From an uncultured bacterium (GTDB lineage Bacteria; Babelota; Babeliae; Babelales; Vermiphilaceae), in NCBI GenBank assembly GCA_963701085.1, contig OY969561.1, positions 448,001 to 512,000 on the forward strand: a stretch of 64,000 nt of DNA, written 5' to 3'. The position numbers were made by a program, and so were the translations under genes. A model generated the notes under the pieces. It saw only the letters and a program-made list of their open reading frames with translations. It was not told where the DNA came from and did no database searches. This document shows, piece by piece, positions 30,016-39,794 of this stretch; the first letter of the stretch is position 1, and each line of letters begins with the position of its first letter.

Positions 30016-30347
30016 TTATTCATAAAAATCTTGCCGCTGGAGGCTGGCTTAAATTCTCTCTCATAGAACAACTTGCAAATATCGGGTGTGATATTGAACG
30101 AACAATTCAATGGAAAAAACGTGGCAATCTTGATTATAGTCAAAAAGCTTTTGAAAGAGCGCTAGAACTTATAGATTTAACGGTTGCTGATCAAAAAAAT
30201 AAGGGAAGATTACGCGAGATTTTACGCACACGAGAAGCACTTGTAGATTTTTTTGTTTATAATAATGAATACAACACTAGCGAAACAATATGGCAAAATT
30301 ATTTTTTTGCTTTTAACTACGCCGCTGCTATGCAAAAAGGACGATAA
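30012..30347 (+). CDS. Small helical protein coupled to the DUF5674-like gene
   Basis: ATGA overlap; HKNLAAGGW...EQLANIG...ERALELIDLT...LREILRTRE. Confidence 0.75.
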   Translation: MIIHKNLAAGGWLKFSLIEQLANIGCDIERTIQWKKRGNLDYSQKAFERALELIDLTVADQKNKGRLREILRTREALVDFFVYNNEYNTSETIWQNYFFAFNYAAAMQKGR

Positions 30348-30375
30348 TTAAGAACGATACTTATTGGTATGTTTA

Positions 30376-30408
30376 AAAAAAACCTGGCGTTGTGTCAGGT
30401 TTTTTTTA
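30376..30408. terminator. Bidirectional terminator
   Basis: aaaaaaacctggc-gttgt-gtcaggttttttt between convergent genes. Confidence 0.7.
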
Positions 30409-30428
30409 AACATACCAATGTAATTTTT

Positions 30429-31184
30429 TTAAGACTTATATCCACTAACAATCATATATGGCAGATACAACTTTATAGATTTATCTTCTGCCACAGGATA
30501 TTTTTCAAGGTAATTGTTTATAACATCATTCATAAACTCTACCTGACGCTCCTGAGGGATGATTCCATTCAATTCTGATGAATATGATGCAATCCATGCC
30601 ATAAATTTTTCTTTTGTCTTAAAAATAAATGGTTTTTTGATAATTTCACACGCAATACGATCTCCAATCCCTGCTCCTTCAAACAATTTTTTCATTGCTC
30701 TACTGCCACAAAGTTTTACTTCCTTATCGTTATCATAAAACTCTTTCCATGTATCATTCATGAAAGTTTGATAATATATATTTATATAGGGAGATTTATC
30801 ATAAGGCAACACCGCACAAAATTGACCATGTCTTTTTAATAAACGAGCGCCATTATCGAATGATTCTTGAGGTTTCTTAACAACATCCCAACACGCAAAC
30901 GTTAACACCTTATCATAACCTACTGCAGGCTTCTCCATCATATTCAGTGTATGTGTATCAATACAATAAATCTGCGCATCATAGGCCTTTTGCTGAATTA
31001 TTTTTTCACAATGAACACCAATATGCAAAATTTTCTCTTTATCAGCAAACAATAATTTTGAGACTGCGCACGTGGTCACCTTACGCTCGATCATTGATAA
31101 CTGCTTCTCATTCTCCATTCCACGCATACCACAAAACGAGAAACCAAATACTATTATTAAAAACTGTACTTTGTACGCATTCAT
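30429..31184 (-). CDS. Secreted degenerate class I SAM methyltransferase-like protein
   Basis: EKILHIG, IYCID, YDKVLT, LLKRHGQF pattern; glycine-rich SAM motif eroded; leader ending G-ME. Confidence 0.55.
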   Translation of the reverse strand: MNAYKVQFLIIVFGFSFCGMRGMENEKQLSMIERKVTTCAVSKLLFADKEKILHIGVHCEKIIQQKAYDAQIYCIDTHTLNMMEKPAVGYDKVLTFACWDVVKKPQESFDNGARLLKRHGQFCAVLPYDKSPYINIYYQTFMNDTWKEFYDNDKEVKLCGSRAMKKLFEGAGIGDRIACEIIKKPFIFKTKEKFMAWIASYSSELNGIIPQERQVEFMNDVINNYLEKYPVAEDKSIKLYLPYMIVSGYKS

Positions 31185-31248
31185 ACAAACTCCTCTTCAT
31201 TTAAAAAAGAACAATTATCTTATGTCATCTTACAACGATATTATCAAG

Positions 31249-31281
31249 AAAAAAAGCCCCGTTTAAAGCGGGGCTTTTTTA
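31249..31281 (-). terminator. Intrinsic terminator
   Basis: aaaaaagccccg-tttaaag-cggggctttttt. Confidence 0.75.
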
Positions 31282-31313
31282 ATATATTATCTAATCCCAA
31301 AAAGCAGCTATTG

Positions 31314-31565
31314 TTATTTGTTGCAGTTGCAAGGGCATGAGCCGCATCCAGGGCAACACATAAAGCCTTTAACAAACATAGCCAAGCTGATCATGCCAGA
31401 AAGACCAATAATCCACACCATTGGCATGAGCATCCCTGGCATCATATTCATCATCGATGCAAAGAAATCGTATCCGTACATAGCTGTCAACATATTAATT
31501 GAAACGAGCGCAGTAATTATCCAGGTTGCCATTCCGATCATCTTCATCATTGGTGAATGCATCAT
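31314..31565 (-). CDS. Small two-TM membrane protein (DUF378-like) with Cys-rich tail
   Basis: WIITALVSIN...GYDFF...IIGLSG; ends CCPGCGSCPCNCNK. ATG 31565 follows AGGAG. Confidence 0.6.
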   Translation of the reverse strand: MMHSPMMKMIGMATWIITALVSINMLTAMYGYDFFASMMNMMPGMLMPMVWIIGLSGMISLAMFVKGFMCCPGCGSCPCNCNK

Positions 31566-31764
31566 AATAAAACCACTCCTTTTTAGAAAAACATATAAAA
31601 ACAACTCTTATTTCATTATTAGCACACCACGGTTTTTTGTGCAATAAAAAATATAAACCATTAAAAAAATTGCTTAAAAAGCCTTTTTAACGCACACTAA
31701 ATAATACAAGAAACTTCTTATATTTTTAAAAATAACTTAAAAAATTAATGCTGAAAGCACATCT

Positions 31765-32871
31765 ATGAGTATCAAAGCCGGACTCGTCGGACTTCCTAAT
31801 GTCGGAAAATCAACACTCTTTAACGCACTGACCAAATCAAGCATTCCCATGGAAAATTATCCATTTTGCACGATTGATCCGCACGTTGCAATAACTGAAG
31901 TTCCTGACACCCGTCTTGAACAGCTCAAAAAACTGTACAATTCTGGCAAAATTATTCCTGCAACCGTGACCTTTGTCGATATTGCTGGCCTTGTTAAAGG
32001 AGCCGCAACCGGAGAAGGTCTCGGCAACCAATTTTTAAGCAACATTCGTGAAGTTGATCTTATTTTACACGTTCTACGTTGCTTTGAAGACCCAAGCATT
32101 ATCAGATCAACAGAGGTTGATCCTATCAGCGATTTTGATATTATCATGGCAGAATTAATGCTCAAGGATATTGAATCAATTGATAAACGTATCCCAAAGG
32201 TAGAAAAGCTCCAAAAAGGCAAACTCACCGGCGCGGAAGAAAAAAGTCTTAATGATGAAATGGATCTTCTGAAAAATGCGCGCGCAAGCCTTGAACAAGG
32301 GGATGCTGCTAAAACAAAAGAGTTCGTCAAAAAATCACCCGTTCAAACCGTGCCCCTCCTGAGTACAAAAAACTTTCTTGTTATTGCAAACATTGCTGAA
32401 GGGGAACTAGAAGATAAGCAGTATCAAAATAATAAACATTACCAAGCACTTGTTAAACATTTTGGCACAGAATACGTTATCCCTGTCAGCGCACGCGTTG
32501 AATACGAACTCACGCAAATGGACGTGGCAGAAGCACAAGAATTTATGGATATGATGGGTCTCACGCAAACCAGTTTGGATATCATCATTAAAAAAACATA
32601 TGATAATCTTGGACTTATTACCTTCTTTACTTGCGGACCCAAAGAAATTCATGCATGGCCGGTACGCAAAGGCACCACCATTCGTCAAGCAGGTGGCGAA
32701 ATACATTCTGATATAGAACGCGGATTTATTTGCTCAGAAACATTCAGCTACAATGATCTTGTTACACACAAAACCGAACCTGCTATCAAAATTGCCGGCA
32801 AACTACGCCTTGAAGGTCAAAATTACCTCGTTCAGGATGGCGATATTGTCCATATACGCTTTAATGTTTAA
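31765..32871 (+). CDS. ychF: Redox-regulated ATPase YchF
   Basis: GLPNVGKST, NYPFCTIDP, DIAGLVKGA, GLGNQFL, C-terminal TGS domain. Confidence 0.98.
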   Translation: MSIKAGLVGLPNVGKSTLFNALTKSSIPMENYPFCTIDPHVAITEVPDTRLEQLKKLYNSGKIIPATVTFVDIAGLVKGAATGEGLGNQFLSNIREVDLILHVLRCFEDPSIIRSTEVDPISDFDIIMAELMLKDIESIDKRIPKVEKLQKGKLTGAEEKSLNDEMDLLKNARASLEQGDAAKTKEFVKKSPVQTVPLLSTKNFLVIANIAEGELEDKQYQNNKHYQALVKHFGTEYVIPVSARVEYELTQMDVAEAQEFMDMMGLTQTSLDIIIKKTYDNLGLITFFTCGPKEIHAWPVRKGTTIRQAGGEIHSDIERGFICSETFSYNDLVTHKTEPAIKIAGKLRLEGQNYLVQDGDIVHIRFNV

Positions 32872-32938
32872 AAATTTTCATTTTAATACAACTCAGAATG
32901 AAATTTTTTATTTTTTTTAACAAACTAAAAAAATGATC

Positions 32939-32990
32939 CATGGTTAAAATTGACGGTTGTTTTTAAGTGTTCATGGTTAAAATTGACGGT
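32939..32990. repeat. 19-nt direct repeat, 33-nt period
   Basis: catggttaaaattgacggt at 32939 and 32972. Confidence 0.85.
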
Positions 32991-33146
32991 AGATTTCCAA
33001 TGCACGGGTAAAAAAACTGGCGTACACGCTACTCAAAAAAATGTAATCTTATCGATTACATGGACCTTTTGACAACATTGCAAGCCCATGATAAGCTGAT
33101 AATGCAGTTAGAAATAGAGTTTTTGCCTAAAAAAGGATCCATTTTC

Positions 33147-34847
33147 ATGATTAAAAAGAATAATTATTCATTTATAGCCCTTCTCATGCTTAGTTTAATG
33201 CCTACAACAAGCAGATCTATTGCATTATCTGAAGCACTACAGAATACTTCTATAGCTGCACGTCAACAGGCTCAATTTGCAAAAGTCATAATGGCAGCTC
33301 TTTGGAAACATGCACGCGGTCAAACAAATGAACATCTTGCCATTGAAAAAACATTAGCCCAACTATATAGTGCAGAATGCACACCTGATAACAGCGCTCA
33401 AAATCTTATTGCTGCCATACAAAACAATAAAACAGTTGCAGATTTTAACCAATTCTATCTTGGTGCATCATCTTCCGCTTATCAGATTGAGGGTGGTCTT
33501 GATGATAGTTCTGCCGCAGCTCGTTTTTATCGTGATGTGGCACAGTTACCAACAGCGGGCGATGCCATCGATTTTTATAACCGCTACCCAGAAATTATCA
33601 AGCAAATGAAAGAAGAGCTTAATATTAATGCATTCCGTATATCATTTGCATGGGATAGAATTCAACCACAACAAGATGTATTTGATCAAAATGCGATAGC
33701 ATTTTATAAAGATGTTATCCATACACTCCGTGCACATAACATTAAACCATTAGTTGTATTCCATCACTATGATGCACCAACGTGGTTTGAAGATCTGGGT
33801 GGTTTTGAAAAAGAAGAAAACGGTAAACTATTTCAGCAATTCTGCTTAAGAATGTACACAGAACTGGCTGAAGAACTTGGTGATTGTCTTATATCCATGT
33901 GTTGCGCACCAGAGGGCCCTGCATTTAAAGGCTACTACACCGGTGATGGCACACCTGGTGAAAAGAATAACTTACAAAAAACACATACTGTTATCGCGAA
34001 CATGTATTATGAACTTGTTGATACTGCATTAGAAATTCAAAAACTTTACACACAACTTAAACACACAAATCCAAACATAAAAAAGCCATTCATTGGAACA
34101 CAAATCAACATTCTGCCTCTTGATCCTCATCACAGCACCCAAACGGATTGGAAAAGTAAACTTAAAACATCATTAGGTTGTGCAATGGCATCATATATAC
34201 AATCCGGTGGAACATTTAACTTTTTAGTTAATGGACATTATTGCGTATACACACCCAATGCTAATTTTATGAAAGCTGCAAAAGGGATTAATGTCTATCG
34301 CTATCACCCACAAGCACATCAAGCTTTTGATTGGATCGGTGTAAATATTTATTCAAACAGATATCTCAATGGTTTTGAGCAAATAACGGGTGATAAACTC
34401 ATAGAAGAAGATACAGAACGATACACTGATAATCCCAATTACCGCAACTATCCTGAAGGTATTTACCGCGCGGTGCAAATGATCGCGGACAATATAGCAA
34501 TACCTCTCGGTAAACTAAAAAACAAAGATGGCAAACCACTTCCGATAATTGTTACAGAAAATGGCATCGCAACAAAAGATGATGCAAAACGCACCCGTTA
34601 TTACCAACGCGCAATCATGAGTATTACTGCATTAATCAACGACGGATACCCTGTTATTGGTTATTTACCATGGACTTCACATGATAATTATGAATGGCCA
34701 ACACATGATAAACCTGAAGGATTTGGCGCAAAATGTTATGGATTTTTTGCCGTAAATTTTGATAAAAATTCACCTGACTACTTAAGCTGTACACTCAAAG
34801 AAGGCTCGCGCTACTATGCCAATTTTGCTCAATTATTTTTTGCATAA
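33147..34847 (+). CDS. Secreted glycoside hydrolase family 1 protein
   Basis: SSAYQIEG, AFRISFAWDRIQP, YPEG, VTENG, DNYEW. ATG 33147 follows AAAGGA. Confidence 0.88.
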   Translation: MIKKNNYSFIALLMLSLMPTTSRSIALSEALQNTSIAARQQAQFAKVIMAALWKHARGQTNEHLAIEKTLAQLYSAECTPDNSAQNLIAAIQNNKTVADFNQFYLGASSSAYQIEGGLDDSSAAARFYRDVAQLPTAGDAIDFYNRYPEIIKQMKEELNINAFRISFAWDRIQPQQDVFDQNAIAFYKDVIHTLRAHNIKPLVVFHHYDAPTWFEDLGGFEKEENGKLFQQFCLRMYTELAEELGDCLISMCCAPEGPAFKGYYTGDGTPGEKNNLQKTHTVIANMYYELVDTALEIQKLYTQLKHTNPNIKKPFIGTQINILPLDPHHSTQTDWKSKLKTSLGCAMASYIQSGGTFNFLVNGHYCVYTPNANFMKAAKGINVYRYHPQAHQAFDWIGVNIYSNRYLNGFEQITGDKLIEEDTERYTDNPNYRNYPEGIYRAVQMIADNIAIPLGKLKNKDGKPLPIIVTENGIATKDDAKRTRYYQRAIMSITALINDGYPVIGYLPWTSHDNYEWPTHDKPEGFGAKCYGFFAVNFDKNSPDYLSCTLKEGSRYYANFAQLFFA

Positions 34848-34944
34848 GATCCTATCCCTAAATTAAATTCCCTCCCCGCGCTCGCCCTGAACCTGTTGAA
34901 GGGTTTTCTTCGAGCGCTCGGAAAAAACCCTTCAAGCCGTCCTT
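34845..34944. repeat. Palindromic element, simpler relative of 13224-13422
   Basis: cctatccctaaattaaattcc...cgcgctcgccctgaacctgttgaagggttttcttcgagcgctc. Confidence 0.8.
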
Positions 34945-35057
34945 ATAGCCCTGGTAAACCCAGGGCTATATTTCTTAAAAAACACGTACCTCTTGCTCTA
35001 TCCCTCTTTTTTGTGCTAATCTGGTAATCAATGACCAATTTAGCACAAAGGAGTCTA

Positions 35058-36242
35058 ATGAAACTATTCAATCGCGATATTGAATCAACAATTCTACGGT
35101 TTGCCAAATTTCCTGTTGTTGGTCTTTTTGGCCCGCGACAATCAGGCAAAACAACTTTGATGAAAAAAATCTTCAAAAACTACGTCTATCTTAATCTCGA
35201 AAACCCTGAAACACTTGAATTCGCAACCCAAGACCCAAAAGCCTTCTTGCAAAAATATGAAAACGCACATGGCATCATTCTGGATGAATTCCAACACTTT
35301 CCACAGCTACTTTCATACATTCAGATTGAAGTTGATACAAAAAATCGTCCTGGCTATTTTGCACTCACGGGATCGCAAAACTTTCTTATGAATGAAGCAA
35401 TCACGCAATCACTTGCCGGCAGAATTGGCATTCTAACACTCTTACCGCTCTCCATTAATGAATGTACTGAAAATAATATATTGTTAAACACAAACTCCAA
35501 TGAAATGATCGTCAAAGGAAGTTATCCACGTCTTTACACCGATAATTTTACACCGGATGAAATTTATCCTTCATACATTCAAACATATGTTGAACGTGAT
35601 GTACGACAACTCACCAATGTTGAAAACTTAAGTACATTCAAAAAATTTATGAAGCTGTGCGCTGGTAGAATTGGACAATTACTCAACATTTCTGATATTG
35701 CGACCAATTGTGGCATTACACAAAAAACTGCTAATCATTGGCTATCCATCCTTGAAGCAAGTTATATTGTTTTTCAATTACAACCATATCACGGCAACTT
35801 TAATAAACGTATTACTAAAACAGCAAAATTATACTTTTATGATACCGGCATTGCATGTTCATTGCTTGGTATCAAAGAACCAAAAGATCTTGAATTAAGT
35901 CCATTCCGTGGACATTTGTTTGAATGTTTTATTATTAATGATCTCTTTAAACAATATTTTAATAAAGGCACCACGGCACCACTCTATTTTTGGCGCGACA
36001 AAAATGGATTAATAGAAGTTGACTGTTTAATTGATGATGGCGGCACCTTGACCCCCATTGAAATTAAATCAGGAACAACAGTTGTTGCCGATTTTTTTAC
36101 CGCATTAGATAAATGGAATGAACTTGCTCAAGCAGACCCGAAACATGGTTATATTATTTATGGAGGACAAGAGGAACAAAAAAGAAACAAGGGAACAGTA
36201 ATTGGTTGGCAAGCAGCACGAAATATAATCGAAACAATATAA
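35058..36242 (+). CDS. AAA+ ATPase, AAA_14/DUF4143 type
   Basis: GPRQSGKTT, ILDEFQ, LTGSQ, SLAGR, KLYFYDTG, FWRD...EVD...PIEIKS. Confidence 0.92.
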   Translation: MKLFNRDIESTILRFAKFPVVGLFGPRQSGKTTLMKKIFKNYVYLNLENPETLEFATQDPKAFLQKYENAHGIILDEFQHFPQLLSYIQIEVDTKNRPGYFALTGSQNFLMNEAITQSLAGRIGILTLLPLSINECTENNILLNTNSNEMIVKGSYPRLYTDNFTPDEIYPSYIQTYVERDVRQLTNVENLSTFKKFMKLCAGRIGQLLNISDIATNCGITQKTANHWLSILEASYIVFQLQPYHGNFNKRITKTAKLYFYDTGIACSLLGIKEPKDLELSPFRGHLFECFIINDLFKQYFNKGTTAPLYFWRDKNGLIEVDCLIDDGGTLTPIEIKSGTTVVADFFTALDKWNELAQADPKHGYIIYGGQEEQKRNKGTVIGWQAARNIIETI

Positions 36243-36259
36243 ATCACTAGAGACATCAC

Positions 36260-37642
36260 ATGAAGCAAACAAAAAAAACAACTTTACTTTACATTCTCGT
36301 AATAACATTAATCCATGCAACCCTGCTACCAAAAACAACATACTGGAAGTGGCAAAATATCAACACACACGCGGTAAAATTCCCTGCATCATTTGAATGG
36401 GGACTCACAACACTGGCATATGAAACTGATGGCTATGCAAAATCAAGCACCTGGTACGCATGGGAAAATCATACTGGCAATAACACCAGTACACCATTCA
36501 CTAAAACACGCTCAGGAAATGCTGCTGCTCATACACAAAATTACCAAGAAGATGTGCAACTCATGAAAGAAATGGGCATTACAACCTATTGTTTTTCACT
36601 TGACTGGAGCAGAATTGAACCAGAACAGGGATACTTTGATGAAGCTATGCTCCAATATTATGGAGATCTTTGTGATGAACTGAAAAAAAACAATATCGGC
36701 ATCACCGCAATTCTTAAAGATTATTGCGATCCTTTATGGTGGGGTTATTTAGGTGGTTTTGAATATGAAAAAAACATTCACCTCTTTGAACGCTATTGCC
36801 TGAAAATGTATGAACTGCTTGGTACAAAAGTTGATCGTTGGATTACCTTCTGGGCGCCTGAAAATTATGCGGTACTCAGTTATCTTATTGGCACCACTCC
36901 TCCCGGAATACGCAATCTGCATTGTGCGGCAACGGTATTAAAAAATGAATTTGAAGCGCATGTGCGCGTGTATAAAAGCATCAAAAACGCACCTCATGGC
37001 AACAGTTCCTGCATTGGCATTATCAAGCATATGCATTTGCTAGAACCATGGCATATCTGGGACCGTCCAAGTTGCTATATTGCAAACATGCTCACCAACC
37101 AGTCATTTTATAATTTTTTCACTACCGGAAATTTCACGCTTAAAATTCCACTTCCTGGCAAAGCCGGTGCATGGATAAAACATGTTAATGCCTACGCTCC
37201 AAAATCACTCGATTTTATTGGCATTAATTATCACAGTCATGGATACCTCAAAAATATTGTTAACCATATCAGCAATCCTGGCGAAACATCAACTGATGTT
37301 GCAGGCATGACGGTATACCCTGAAGGATTATATTTTGCAATCAAAGAGGTATCAGACAATCTCGCTAAAAAATTAAACATCCCGATGGTTATCACGCAAA
37401 ATGGCATCGCCACGCATGATGAAAGCATCAGGGACTTATTTATTAAGCGCCATATTTATGCTGTGTCCAAAGCTATGTCTGATGGCTACAATATAGAAGG
37501 TTATTATTACTACAGCTTTTTAGACGGATTTTCATGGGGCAGCTATGATACGCAGTTTGGTCTTTTCTCTGTTGACCGTACAACTATGGACCGTACACTC
37601 AAAAAGGGTGCGCACTATTTTTGTGATGTGATTAAAAAGTAA
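36260..37642 (+). CDS. Secreted GH1-family protein with substituted catalytic residues
   Basis: FPASFEWG, FSLDWSRIEP, YPEGL; TFWAP replaces TFNEP and ITQNG replaces ITENG. Confidence 0.85.
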   Translation: MKQTKKTTLLYILVITLIHATLLPKTTYWKWQNINTHAVKFPASFEWGLTTLAYETDGYAKSSTWYAWENHTGNNTSTPFTKTRSGNAAAHTQNYQEDVQLMKEMGITTYCFSLDWSRIEPEQGYFDEAMLQYYGDLCDELKKNNIGITAILKDYCDPLWWGYLGGFEYEKNIHLFERYCLKMYELLGTKVDRWITFWAPENYAVLSYLIGTTPPGIRNLHCAATVLKNEFEAHVRVYKSIKNAPHGNSSCIGIIKHMHLLEPWHIWDRPSCYIANMLTNQSFYNFFTTGNFTLKIPLPGKAGAWIKHVNAYAPKSLDFIGINYHSHGYLKNIVNHISNPGETSTDVAGMTVYPEGLYFAIKEVSDNLAKKLNIPMVITQNGIATHDESIRDLFIKRHIYAVSKAMSDGYNIEGYYYYSFLDGFSWGSYDTQFGLFSVDRTTMDRTLKKGAHYFCDVIKK

Positions 37643-37659
37643 AAATCATTATGAATATT

Positions 37660-37696
37660 ACGCGCTTATTCTCTGTAAAAAATAAGCGCGTGTTTT
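37660..37696. terminator. Hairpin terminator between convergent genes
   Basis: acgcgcttatt...aataagcgcgt followed by T-rich sequence. Confidence 0.65.
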
Positions 37697-37700
37697 ATTA

Positions 37701-38638
37701 TCAAATTTCTTCGCCCACAGAAATATTTTCAATAGCTGTAATTAGATTGCTTACTCGTTCATCCTGTATTCGTAATACATTCTTTAAATCTGTCAAAAAA
37801 TATTCCCTATTACCATTATTATCTTGATATAACACAAGAGCAAACCAATGCTGCTCTACTTGATTATAATGATCCCCAATTCCAAATATATGAAAATAGG
37901 ACTTTTTTTGAGATTAGCCATTAACTGTAATTTTTGCTGAATACCCCATATCATTTTATCAAGACCCATTTCTCCTTCTTTTAATTCTTTAAGGCTTTCA
38001 AAAGAATATACCCCATATGGGTCAATTCGACTAAAATCATCAATTGCTGTAAAGTCACAATATACATCTTTAGAAATAATACCTTGACCTTGTTCTCCTA
38101 ATTTTTCTTGCTCATTCCATAAATACTCTAATTCATCAGCTTGTAACCAATCACCATGACGTTTATTGTTTTGTCTTCTCTGTATAATTGCTTGTCGCCA
38201 GCTACCGTTTTCACCAAAATATTTTGCTATAAAATTAGAACTCTTTAATGTCTTTTGTAAATCATCATCACTTTTGTTATGAGCCTTGGCTTCAACTATT
38301 TGCATACCTCTCAAAAGAGTATGATATCCACAACTTGCATTGCCCCCAACATTTGACCAAAATTGAGAATAAACTGGAAATTGTGTAACCTGCTGTCCTG
38401 CAATTTCAAATCTTATAGGCTCTGTAACTCCCCTGCTCTTCCACCAATAATACAACCCACCTGCAAGACCAAGTACTATAAGTGCTCCTGGAATGTTTTT
38501 TTGTAAAGTTTCTGTATCAACAAGTTTTGATGCTCTCTTTTTAATCTCTTTCCATGAAATTGCATAATAAGATGTGACCGGTAATAATAGCAATGCCCCT
38601 GCGAATAAAAAAAAGAGATACTGTTTACAATGCTTCAT
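37701..38638 (-). pseudogene. Secreted papain-fold cysteine protease-like gene, frameshifted at an A7 run
   Basis: SQF...ASCGYH in ORF 37856..38638. Adding one A at 37903-37909 continues it into QHWFALVL...YFLTDLKN...EEI-stop at 37701. May be a sequencing error. Confidence 0.65.
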
Positions 38639-38696
38639 AAAGCCCCCTATATTAAAATTAAATTTTACAAAAGCAAGCTTACCAAAAGGGATTACA

Positions 38697-39794
38697 ATGA
38701 AACAATATCTTATATCTGCAGCTTTTATATTATTACCATTGCAAACTCAGCCAATGAACATATCCATTAATCAACTCACGTTAGATCAAAAAATTGGCCA
38801 ACTTTTTATGGTGGCTGCGGTTGCAGATGAAGAAATTGCCAAAGATTTTTTATCAAAAAAGTCATATCGCATGGATAAAGAGTATATTGAACAGCTCATC
38901 ACACAGTATCACATTGGTGGTATCATTTATTTAGGAAAAAGTGATACAAAAAAACAGATAGAAAGAACTCAGTATTTTCAAAACATATCTGCTATTCCAT
39001 TATTAGTTGGTCAAGATTTGGAACCAGGCAGAGTTGGTGTATCACGCTTGCAAACAATGCAAAAATTTCACAACAATCAAAAACTGGGACAGATAAATAG
39101 CGAAGAAGAAACATATCAAACAGCGTTAGAAATTGGCAAATTTTGTAAACAATTAGGCGTACATATTAATTTTGCACCGGTTGCTGATGTTAACAATAAT
39201 CCCAACAATCCCGTGATTAATGACCGTTCATTTGGTGATGATCCAGAACTTGTTACACAACATGCAATTGCATTTGCGCAAGGGTTACGTGATGCGGGAA
39301 TTATCGCATGCGCAAAACATTTTCCTGGCCATGGTGACACTAATGTTGATTCACATTTTGATTTACCACTCATCCCTCACAATAAAAAGAGGTTACATGC
39401 AATTGAACTTGCTCCGTTTAAACAACTCATTGCAAACAACATTCCCGCAATTATGATTGGACATCTTGAAGTTCCTGCATTTGAAGAACAAATAAAATTA
39501 CCATCAAGTTTATCTAAAAAAATAGTCACTGATTTGCTACGCAAAGAACTTGGCTTTGAAGGTCTTATTATTACCGATGGACTTGATATGGGTGGCATTA
39601 CCCACTATTATTCTGACGGCCAAGCAGAACTACACGCATTACTTGCTGGCAATGATATCTTGCTCAGTCCTGTTGATGTTCCAGCGGCCGTTGCTGCAAT
39701 CAAAAAAGCTCTATCAGAAAATCGCATAAGCGAACAAGAAATAAACACGCATGTTGAAAAAATTTTACACATCAAAAATGCATTAACATTTTAG
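38697..39794 (+). CDS. GH3 beta-N-acetylglucosaminidase (NagZ-like)
   Basis: KIGQLFMV, NFAPVADV, RSFG, KHFPGHGDTNVDSH, ITDGLDM. Confidence 0.9.
   Translation: MKQYLISAAFILLPLQTQPMNISINQLTLDQKIGQLFMVAAVADEEIAKDFLSKKSYRMDKEYIEQLITQYHIGGIIYLGKSDTKKQIERTQYFQNISAIPLLVGQDLEPGRVGVSRLQTMQKFHNNQKLGQINSEEETYQTALEIGKFCKQLGVHINFAPVADVNNNPNNPVINDRSFGDDPELVTQHAIAFAQGLRDAGIIACAKHFPGHGDTNVDSHFDLPLIPHNKKRLHAIELAPFKQLIANNIPAIMIGHLEVPAFEEQIKLPSSLSKKIVTDLLRKELGFEGLIITDGLDMGGITHYYSDGQAELHALLAGNDILLSPVDVPAAVAAIKKALSENRISEQEINTHVEKILHIKNALTF

Noticed and set aside
32939-33023. Possible mini CRISPR array
   Set aside because: Only two 19-nt repeats with a 14-nt spacer; no cas genes.
37900-37912. Canonical programmed -1 frameshift (A AAA AAG)
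   Set aside because: The heptamer is not in the required phase (codons read CTC AAA AAA AGT); an indel is the simpler explanation.
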